This document shows positions 53,444-64,000 of a stretch of DNA of 64,000 bases, piece after piece; position 1 is the first letter of the stretch; each line of letters begins with the position of its first letter. Both the position numbers and the translations under genes were made by a program. The stretch spans positions 19,515,038 through 19,579,037 of the forward strand of contig CM022669.1 in the NCBI GenBank assembly GCA_012295275.1, read 5' to 3'. The notes beneath the pieces are model-generated. The model was not told the DNA's origin. It was given only the letters and a program-made list of their open reading frames with translations, and searched no databases. The stretch comes from Chrysomallon squamiferum. Taxonomy: Eukaryota; Animalia; Mollusca.

Positions 53444-55283
53444 GCTGTCCAAGAGACAAACCTGAAACGCTTGATTTATCGGCAATATTAAATAAATACA
53501 CTGGTACGTATTCAAGGAGTGTATAATACTAATTATGGTTGATGTAGCAGGAGCAGAAAAAGACCAGTATAACTAGTACCAGCAGTTGTTGTTGTAATAG
53601 TAACAATAGTAGCAGTACAAGTAGTAGCAGTACTAATAGTAGGAGCAGTAGTAGTAGTAGCTGTTGTCCTAATAATACTTTTAATAGTACTTGTAGTTAT
53701 AATAGTAGTAAAGGTTGTAGCAGGACTAGTAGTAGTAGTAGTTTAAATGTTGTAATATATTACTCAGATCTCCCGGGGGAAAGAATATTTGTTCGTACCC
53801 ATGAACATTTATTTGTTAACCACATCTATGGAGGAACTAATATTTGCCAAATATGCTATAAGTTATATAATTAGTGTGATATTTTGAGACTTGGATAACA
53901 ATACATTTTTTAAAACTAATTTTCCTCAATATTTTCACATCAGTATATAGATAACTGGAAACAAGAATTAGAAAAACAAAGACATATGCTGCAAAATGTA
54001 CTTGTAGTTATAACAATAGTAATTATTCTAGCAGTAGAAATAACGGTAGTAGTAGTAGAAGGAGTAGAAGCAACAGCAGCAGTAATAGTAGTAGTAATAG
54101 CAGAAGTAGCAGAAGAATGAGTTAAATATTTTCTATTTCTATGAATAAAATGTAGGGACTTTTATTTGTATGTTGTGGTTGGTGGTGGTGCTGGTGTTTT
54201 TACTATTGTTGGTCTTTTTCTTTGTTGGCACCATTCTTATTATGGTAGTCCACAAATATAATTTTATTTTAACTTTTTCTACTTCTTACGATTATTGTTA
54301 TTATTATTATTTATTTTTTAATATTTGTTTCAGATCGTTTTTACCTGAAAGACGAATTACGTATTATTTTGATTGGAAAAACAGGATGTGGAAAAAGTTC
54401 AACAGGAAATTCAATCCTTGGTGATGAATATTTTAGCATTAGTGGACTTAGTCAGTCGGCTACGGCCACGTGTCAGTCAGGATTGTCCTCTCGGTTTGGT
54501 TCTGAAATCATGGTCATTGATACTCCCGGTCTCTTTGATACAGGAAATTCTGATAACGAAATAACGGAGGAAATAAAAAAATGCATTGCTTTGTGTTCCC
54601 CAGGGCCACATGCTTTTATCCTCGTTATAAGAATCGGGAGATTTACCAGGGAAGAAATTGACACTGTCAACCGTTACAGAAAGATCGTCGGAAGTGGCCT
54701 GTTTCCCTATCTCATTGTTGTGTTTGTAGGAATCGATGAACTGGAGCGACACGGGAAGACTCTGGACGATTATATCTCAACTGGACAGGAGGATTTAAAG
54801 AAACTGATTAGAGATTGCGGTGACAGGTACGCTGGTATAGACAACGAGAAAAAGGATGAAGGACAAGTAAAAAAGTTGATAGATCTGGTGAAAAAAAACG
54901 TAGGGAAGAACAGTCAAAGCTTCTACACCATTGATATGCTGAAAGCTGCAGAACAAGCAGTACAAAAACGGGAGCAAGCAATACTGAAGACGAAAGAAAG
55001 AGAGATGGAATGGGATCTTGAAAAAATGGAGAAGACGTCAGGAAAAAGGAATGAGCGATATTTGAGATGTTTCTTAGAAAAGTTATCAATAGAGTACGAA
55101 AAAGATAAACGGGATCCCAAGCAGATGGAAAAGAAACAACGTGAAAAGTTGGATACCACAGAAGATTTGTTGGCAAGTATCTTCTTAAAGGTCAGATATT
55201 TGGCTAGAAGCGAAGCAGAAATGGGAAAACCCGCCATTATCGAAATGATGACAAACGTGATTCGTCAGTATGTACCAGAATAA
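53444..55283 (+). CDS. GIMAP/AIG1-family GTPase (GTPase IMAP family), start exon upstream and unresolved
   Basis: Exon 53444-53503 (phase 1/1) joins exon 54334-55283: (G)CPRDKPETLDLSAILNKYTDRFYLKDELRIILIGKTGCGKSSTGNSILG...VIDTPGLFDT...PGPHAFILVIRIGRFTREE...CGDRYAGIDN, followed by a charged coiled-coil-like tail with no obvious TM segment. The ORF-track start at 54369 is a TTG, not an ATG. Confidence 0.9.
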
Positions 55284-55812
55284 TACCAAAAAAATAATTA
55301 TGATATCTGACTGTTCAGTTTATTAAGATTACAGAAATTTTAAAAAAAATGTATAACATTTACGTTTTCATAAAAATGAGAACATAATACTTGTAACCTT
55401 CTTGTATAATAATACATATTAACATACACGGGAAAAAAGAGAACATAATATTATACCGTTTTAAGTAACAGAAATGTTTTGTTACTTTTAATTTTTTCTG
55501 TATTTGCAGTGATTTAGATGGCACTGACAAGTTTAGAGTCACCCTTTATTTCTTTTTGACGAATTTGTTTCTTTTTCAAATATCTATTTCAGTGTGCACC
55601 TAGTTTACACTAAAGATGTAGTCTTGTTGTTATTTAATATGCAGTAAAGAAAAACGCCAGAGACAGCTCCGAGGTGTGTGTTCTTATTACATAGTTCTCA
55701 ACATTTTGTTCAAATAATAATAATGATAATAAGTGTGTGTGTATGTATGTGTGAGTGTAAACTCTGTGTGTGTGCGTATATGTGCACATATGTGTATGCA
55801 TGAGTTTGGGTA

Positions 55813-55845
<33 letters not shown>

Positions 55846-57428
55846 TTAAAAGAAAAAAGTAATCTAATCATAACATAAGGGAATTGTCTCTAACAAATTC
55901 CGAGATATTTGTGCATATCTCTCCCTAGTACTAATGGTCTGAACAATTTACAAATGTGTTAGGAGGGGATCACTCGGCAGATACGTCTTATCCTGAACAT
56001 ATTTTATATAACTGACATCGTTTAACACATCCACATAGACGAAATAATCATAAGAGCATGTCTTGTCAGTGATTAAATACAGTTCTGAGACAGAAAAAGT
56101 ATGCTCAATAAATGCTGAACTATTTCGAAACAACTGATCCAAAATAACATTACTTTGAGTTACCTTAACATCTAAAAACAAAGACAATAGATTATCTGAG
56201 GGAACGCTTTACGGCAAAACCACAGTTTTATTAAGAAAAAATTAGTAAAAATATCTTAAAGAAAATAGAAACATTAAGCAGGGCGGTAAGAAAAAAAAAA
56301 TAAAATAAAATAAAAAACGAAGAAAAAACAACTGAAAGAAAGAGAGAAATAATAATTTTAAAATAGTATTAACAAGAACAACAATAATTATGGTAATAAA
56401 AAGAAGAATGAGAGGAAATGTTTTAAAAAAAATAAATATACAGTTAGTAATTCCAATAATATTCTTTATATATAGATATAGATATAAATTTACTCTATAC
56501 AACACACCCATAATTTTAAATAAAATTCTAGTGAAAAAGAATATTGTTACAAATAATATAGGCTCATTTTACATAATTTTTTCAGAATTCAGGATAACAA
56601 GGCAGTTTAATATGTTGTTGTTTACTTATTTGTTTGTTTGTTTTTATAGAGGACGTGATAATTAATAATTTAAAAACAATAAATGACAGGAAACAGAATT
56701 AGGCAACTGCATAAGGAAACCACTGGGAATTATTTTTGGATTTGATGAACGTCACTGGTAGCAAGGGAAACATAATTTCTCTTCGCTAATTTGTATTTGC
56801 ACAGAATCACAAATTTGTTTTTGTAATATACTATGACACAAAGGTTTCGTTTTAGATTGTCTTTTTTTCTGGTATTTTTTTTATGACGTTTAAGATCAAA
56901 ATTCGATGGGTAATCTGTATCGGTCGTGTAAAATAAAACTGTACATTTGTTTTTCATGTCAGAGTTGTTACAGAACAGTTCCAGAATGAAGTGAAATGTA
57001 CCTTAATGATAGATACAGGTTAGAAGGTATTAAAGTAAGCTACACAGGTAAATAATCAATATGTTACCGACATTTTCATAAACTGTAATTTAATAGCACA
57101 ACAATATAATTTAGTATAATAAGTAAAAAAAAAAAAAATAGCTACTAGCGAATTCTACAAGTAGGTATAACCTAAATTGCGATCCGTGGTTTAATAAGTA
57201 AGTTACGACCAATTTTCTAAGTTAAATAAACACAGCAAACAGTACAACTTACTATCACTGTTAAAACTTTCCATAGATTGATAGACGCCCTATTAGGGTT
57301 TTGTTAAGGGCCCTACTACTATATATACGTACAGTACGAGAATGGCTGGGCGATAACACTTTTCTATAGTCGACTTATTAAAAAAATTCTTCTAGTGTCG
57401 TTGAAAAAAATTAATAATAATAATAATG

Positions 57429-57459
<31 letters not shown>

Positions 57460-57994
57460 TGATGGTAATAATTATAATAACAATCATTACGTGACATAAG
57501 GATTAAAATGAAGCCTTTACATCTTTTGTAACAGTGCTATTTTGTTGTCATTCATGGTATAAGCGACTATACCTCCCCAAAACACTGATATAATAATTTG
57601 AAAGAATAAACACAACTGTCTCAGGTACAGTTAACATTTCGTTTTATCCTGCTTTTGATCTCAGATTCTTTCACAGCAAATACGGTGCAGATTTCTTCTT
57701 TATAATAAATTAACTGACCCTGTATTTATTAGAAAATAATAAAGTAAAAAAAAATATGACTGAACATGTAAAAATATTACGCGCGTTTTCTCAATTATTT
57801 TTTCTGATATAACTTGTATATTCTTGATTCCTCGCTATTCCGTTAGCTGTAACCAGTATTACAAACAGCTACAATATTTACAGTATTTACAACATGGACA
57901 AAGGTAAAATTGTTTTTATTTTCTTATATAACTTAGTTATGCTAAATATAAAACAGCGACAGGAAAGTAAAAAATATAAGTAATTTTATTAAAT

Positions 57995-58260
57995 TCAATT
58001 CGGAACTGAGTAACGGAATTTATTTTATTACAACATGGCCTGAGGTTCGAAATATTTTTAAACTTAAAAGCTATTTTTCGATGTTAAAGTTTTTGAAATT
58101 TTATTTTATATATCCTATATATTTGTCAACGAAACTAAAAGCGATTGTTTCATATATATTATAAATGACAGTTATTGCATTATTCAGATATTCATAAAGA
58201 ACGAATGAATTAATGAATGCAGATGGTTAGGGAAAAACAAATTTCCCAGAATGATAAATT
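57995..58260 (+). pseudogene. Third, disabled copy of the 'MAS' leader exon and start of intron 1
   Basis: CGGAACTGAGTAACGGAATT...ACATGGCCTGAG|GTTCGA (ATG at 58035, TGA at codon 3), followed by sequence matching ~37270-37400 and ~45830-45990. Confidence 0.8.
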
Positions 58261-58284
58261 TTTGCCCTAGTAACTCATTAAAAC

Positions 58285-61200
58285 TTTTGCAGACGTTGAA
58301 ATATTTTTCCCGACCACACGGAATAGTGCCACACGGATTTTCAATTTTTGAAAATCGATTTTTTTCAAACGCATTTTCAAAAGGTGCAGCACCTTTGGTA
58401 AATGTTGGAAACGTTTTTGCCACACTCGCCCCGACGGCGCGCACGTTTTGCACACGTCGAAATATTTTTCCCGACCAAACGGAACAGTGCCACACGGATT
58501 TTCAACTTTTGAAAATCGAATTTTTCAAGTTTCGTTGAAAATGCTAGGGGTACCTTTTTCAAAGTGCAATAACTTTTTCCGAGCACGTGGGAAAAATCGG
58601 GCGCACATACCCAAAAGTGGGGCAAGGGTTGCCCGACACGGGTCAAAAGTGCCGCACGCCCCACCCAAGGGGAACAACTCGTTTCCGACACGTGCACAAA
58701 AAACGCACATGTTTTTGAAAATTTGCTCGATTTTTTTTTCAAACGCATTTTCAAAAGGTGCAGCACCTTTGGTAAATGTTGGAAACGTTTTTGCCACACT
58801 CGCCCCGACGGCGCGCACGTTTTGCACACGTCGAAATATTTTTCCCGACCAAACGGAACAGTGCCACACGGATTTTCAACTTTTGAAAATCGAATTTTTC
58901 AAGTTTCGTTGAAAATGCTAGGGGTACCTTTTTCAAAGTGCAATAACTTTTTCCGAGCACGTGGGAAAAATCGGGCGCACATACAAAAAAAGTGGGGCAA
59001 AGGGTTGCCCGACACGGGTCAAAAGTGCCGCACGCCCCACCCAAGGGGAACAACTCGTTTCCGACACGTGCACAAAAAACGCACATGTTTTTGAAAATTT
59101 GCTCGATTTTTTTCAAACGCATTTTCAAAAGGTGCAGCACCTTTGGTAAATGTTGGAAACGTTTTTGCCACACTCGCCCCGACGGCGCGCACGTTTTGCA
59201 CACGTCGAAATATTTTTCCCGACCAAACGGAACAGTGCCACACGGATTTTCAACTTTTGAAAATCGAATTTTTCAAGTTTCGTTGAAAATGCTAGGGGTA
59301 CCTTTTTCAAAGTGCAATAACTTTTTCCGAGCACGTGGGAAAAATCGGGCGCACATACCCAAAAGTGGGGCAAGGGTTGCCCGACACGGGTCAAAAGTGC
59401 CGCACGCCCCACCCAAGGGGAACAACTCGTTTCCGACACGTGCACAAAAAACGCACATGTTTTTGAAAATTTGCTCGATTTTTTTTCAAACGCATTTTCA
59501 AAAAAGGTGCAGCACCTTTGGTAAATGTTGGAAACGTTTTTGCCACACTCGCCCCGACGGCGCGCACGTTTTGCACACGTCGAAATATTTTTCCCGACCA
59601 AACGGAACAGTGCCACACGGATTTTCAACTTTTGAAAATCGAATTTTTCAAGTTTCGTTGAAAATGCTAGGGGTACCTTTTTCAAAGTGCAATAACTTTT
59701 TCCGAGCACGTGGGAAAAATCGGGCGCACATACCCAAAAGTGGGGCAAGGGTTGCCCGACACGGGTCAAAAGTGCCGCACGCCCCACCCAAGGGGAACAA
59801 CTCGTTTCCGACACGTGCACAAAAAACGCACATGTTTTTGAAAATTTGCTCGATTTTTTTCAAACGCATTTTCAAAAGGTGCAGCACCTTTGGTAAATGT
59901 TGGAAACGTTTTTGCCACACTCGCCCCGACGGCGCGCACGTTTTGCACACGTCGAAATATTTTTCCCGACCAAACGGAACAGTGCCACACGGATTTTCAA
60001 CTTTTGAAAATCGAATTTTTCAAGTTTCGTTGAAAATGCTAGGGGTACCTTTTTCAAAGTGCAATAACTTTTTCCGAGCACGTGGGAAAAATCGGGCGCA
60101 CATACCCAAAAGTGGGGCAAGGGTTGCCCGACACGGGTCAAAAGTGCCGCACGCCCCACCCAAGGGGAACAACTCGTTTCCGACACGTGCACAAAAAACG
60201 CACATGTTTTTGAAAATTTGCTCGATTTTTTTTCAAACGCATTTTCAAAAGGTGCAGCACCTTTGGTAAATGTTGGAAACGTTTTTGCCACACTCGCCCC
60301 GACGGCGCGCACGTTTTGCACACGTCGAAATATTTTTCCCGACCAAACGGAACAGTGCCACACGGATTTTCAACTTTTGAAAATCGAATTTTTTCAAGTT
60401 TCGTTGAAAATGCTAGGGGTACCTTTTTCAAAGTGCAATAACTTTTTCCGAGCACGTGGGAAAAATCGGGCGCACACACCCAAAAGTGGGGCAAGGGTTG
60501 CCCGACACGGGTCAAAAGTGCCGCACGCCCCACCCAAGGGGAACAACTCGTTTCCGACACGTGCACAAAAAACGCACATGTTTTTGAAAATTTGCTCGAT
60601 TTTTTTCAAACGCATTTTCAAAAGGTGCAGCACCTTTGGTAAATGTTGGAAACGTTTTTGCCACACTCGCCCCGACGGCGCGCACGTTTTGCACACGTCG
60701 AAATATTTTTCCCGACCAAACGGAACAGTGCCACACGGATTTTCAACTTTTGAAAATCGAATTTTTCAAGTTTCGTTGAAAATGCTAGGGGTACCTTTTT
60801 CAAAGTGCAATAACTTTTTCCGAGCACGTGGGAAAAATCGGGCGCACATACCCAAAAGTGGGGCAAGGGTTGCCCGACACGGGTCAAAAGTGCCGCACGC
60901 CCCACCCAAGGGGAACAACTCGTTTCCGACACGTGCACAAAAAACGCACATGTTTTTGAAAATTTGCTCGATTTTTTTCAAACGCATTTTCAAAAGGTGC
61001 AGCACCTTTGGTAAATGTTGGAAACGTTTTGCCACACTCGCCCCGACGGCGCGCACGTTTTGCACACGTCGAAATATTTTTCCCGACCAAACGGAACAGT
61101 GCCACACGGATTTTCAACTTTTGAAAATCGAATTTTTCAAGTTTCGTTGAAAATGCTAGGGGTACCTTTTTCAAAGTGCAATAACTTTTTCCGAGCACGT

Positions 61201-64000
61201 GGGAAAAATCGGGCGCACATACCCAAAAGTGGGGCAAGGGTTGCCCGACACGGGTCAAAAGTGCCGCACGCCCCACCCAAGGGGAACAACTCGTTTCCGA
61301 CACGTGCACAAAAAACGCACATGTTTTTGAAAATTTGCTCGATTTTTTTCAAACGCATTTTCAAAAGGTGCAGCACCTTTGGTAAATGTTGGAAACGTTT
61401 TTGCCACACTCGCCCCGACGGCGCGCACGTTTTGCACACGTCGAAATATTTTTCCCGACCAAACGGAACAGTGCCACACGGATTTTCAACTTTTGAAAAT
61501 CGAATTTTTTCAAGTTTCGTTGAAAATGCTAGGGGTACCTTTTTCAAAGTGCAATAACTTTTTCCGAGCACGTGGGAAAAATCGGGCGCACATACCCAAA
61601 AGTGGGGCAAGGGTTGCCCGACACGGGTCAAAAGTGCCGCACGCCCCACCCAAGGGGAACAACTCGTTTCCGACACGTGCACAAAAAACGCACATGTTTT
61701 TGAAAATTTGCTCGATTTTTTCAAACGCATTTTCAAAAGGTGCAGCACCTTTGGTAAATGTTGGAAACGTTTTTGCCACACTCGCCCCGACGGCGCGCAC
61801 GTTTTGCACACGTCGAAATATTTTTCCCGACCAAACGGAACAGTGCCACACGGATTTTCAACTTTTGAAAATCGAATTTTTTCAAGTTTCGTTGAAAATG
61901 CTAGGGGTACCTTTTTCAAAGTGCAATAACTTTTTCCGAGCACGTGGGAAAAATCGGGCGCACATACCCAAAAGTGGGGCAAGGGTTGCCCGACACGGGT
62001 CAAAAGTGCCGCACGCCCCACCCAAGGGGAACAACTCGTTTCCGACACGTGCACAAAAAACGCACATGTTTTTGAAAATTTGCTCGATTTTTTTTCAAAC
62101 GCATTTTCAAAAGGTGCAGCACCTTTGGTAAATGTTGGAAACGTTTTTGCCACACTCGCCCCGACGGCGCGCACGTTTTGCACACGTCGAAATATTTTCC
62201 CGACCAAACGGAACAGTGCCACACGGATTTTCAACTTTTGAAAATCGAATTTTTTCAAGTTTCGTTGAAAATGCTAGGGGTACCTTTTTCAAAGTGCAAT
62301 AACTTTTTCCGAGCACGTGGGAAAAATCGGGCGCACATACCCAAAAGTGGGGCAAGGGTTGCCCGACACGGGTCAAAAGTGCCGCACGCCCCACCCAAGG
62401 GGAACAACTCGTTTCCGACACGTGCACAAAAAACGCACATGTTTTTGAAAATTTGCTCGATTTTTTTTCAAACGCATTTTCAAAAGGTGCAGCACCTTTG
62501 GTAAATGTTGGAAACGTTTTTGCCACACTCGCCCCGACGGCGCGCACGTTTTGCACACGTCGAAATATTTTTCCCGACCAAACGGAACAGTGCCACACGG
62601 ATTTTCAACTTTTGAAAATCGAATTTTTTCAAGTTTCGTTGAAAATGCTAGGGGTACCTTTTTCAAAGTGCAATAACTTTTTCCGAGCACGTGGGAAAAA
62701 TCGGGCGCACATACCCAAAAGTGGGGCAAGGGTTGCCCGACACGGGTCAAAAGTGCCGCACGCCCCACCCAAGGGGAACAACTCGTTTCCGACACGTGCA
62801 CAAAAAACGCACATGTTTTTGAAAATTTGCTCGATTTTTTTTTTTCAAACGCATTTTCAAAAGGTGCAGCACCTTTGGTAAATGTTGGAAACGTTTTTGC
62901 CACACTCGCCCCGACGGCGCGCACGTTTTGCACACGTCGAAATATTTTTCCCGACCAAACGGAACAGTGCCACACGGATTTTCAACTTTTGAAAATCGAA
63001 TTTTTTCAAGTTTCGTTGAAAATGCTAGGGGTACCTTTTTCAAAGTGCAATAACTTTTTCCGAGCACGTGGGAAAAATCGGGCGCACATACCCAAAAGTG
63101 GGGCAAGGGTTGCCCGACACGGGTCAAAAGTGCCGCACGCCCCACCCAAGGGGAACAACTCGTTTCCGACACGTGCACAAAAAACGCACATGTTTTTGAA
63201 AATTTGCTCGATTTTTTTCAAACGCATTTTCAAAAGGTGCAGCACCTTTGGTAAATGTTGGAAACGTTTTTGCCACACTCGCCCCGACGGCGCGCACGTT
63301 TTGCACACGTCGAAATATTTTTCCCGACCAAACGGAACAGTGCCACACGGATTTTCAACTTTTGAAAATCGAATTTTTCAAGTTTCGTTGAAAATGCTAG
63401 GGGTACCTTTTTCAAAGTGCAATAACTTTTTCCGAGCACGTGGGGAAAAATCGGGCGCACATACCCAAAAGTGGGGCAAGGGTTGCCCGACACGGGTCAA
63501 AAGTGCCGCACGCCCCACCCAAGGGGAACAACTCGTTTCCGACACGTGCACAAAAACGCACATGTTTTGAAAATTTGCTCGATTTTTTTCAAACGCATTT
63601 TCAAAAGGTGCAGCACCTTTGGTAAATGTTGGAAACGTTTTTGCCACACTCGCCCCGACGGCGCGCACGTTTTGCACACGTCGAAATATTTTTCCCGACC
63701 AAACGGAACAGTGCCACACGGATTTTCAACTTTTGAAAATCGAATTTTTCAAGTTTCGTTGAAAATGCTAGGGGTACCTTTTTCAAAGTGCAATAACTTT
63801 TTCCGAGCACGTGGGAAAAATCGGGCGCACATACCCAAAAGTGGGGCAAGGGTTGCCCGACACGGGTCAAAAGTGCCGCACGCCCCACCCAAGGGGAACA
63901 ACTCGTTTCCGACACGTGCACAAAAAACGCACATGTTTTTGAAAATTTGCTCGATTTTTTTCAAACGCATTTTCAAAGGTGCAGCACCTTTGGTAAATGT
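58285..64000. repeat. Tandem satellite, ~373-bp monomer, ~15 copies, continuing beyond the window
   Basis: GGAACAGTGCCACACGG recurs at ~58481, 58855, 59229, 59604, 59976, 60349 and onward, with one GGTACC per unit. Copies differ almost only in homopolymer lengths. Confidence 0.98.

Noticed and set aside
54473-55237. Several minus-strand ORFs
   Set aside because: Antisense shadows of the GIMAP exon.
55948-56187. 79-aa minus-strand ORF downstream of GIMAP
   Set aside because: Non-ATG start, no recognisable motif and no supporting exon chain.
58184-63976. Many long overlapping ORFs (up to 425 aa) on both strands
   Set aside because: They are translations of the 373-bp satellite; frames shift with homopolymer length and no domain is recognisable.
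58285-64000. CRISPR-like array
   Set aside because: Whole monomers repeat with no unique spacers, there are no cas genes, and the context is eukaryotic.

Overview
AT-rich, intron-rich animal genomic DNA; gene content and repeats suggest a mollusc, probably a gastropod (inference). The left half holds three housekeeping genes whose exons I reconstructed by hand: the 3' part of ARIH1/ariadne-1 (+), MFSD12 (+) and PRCC (-). The right half is a duplicated innate-immunity-like locus head-to-head with PRCC. It contains an apparently intact five-exon gene encoding a 212-aa RanBP2/NZF-like zinc finger fused to a TIR_2-type domain with the NADase-type catalytic Glu. A decayed tandem copy of that unit follows, including a dead copy of PRCC exon 1. 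Next comes a GIMAP/AIG1 GTPase whose 60-nt upstream exon and following intron are homologous to the end of the TIR gene's zinc-finger exon. A third, disabled copy of the leader exon is cut off by a homogeneous ~373-bp satellite array that runs to the window end. BEL/Pao retrotransposon remnants lie in the same intron of both TIR copies. The best candidate for an undescribed system is a modular, phase-1 exon-shuffled cassette in which a shared 'MAS' leader can be joined in frame to either a ZnF-TIR or a GIMAP effector. Gene models come from splice signals and translation only; no searches were run.
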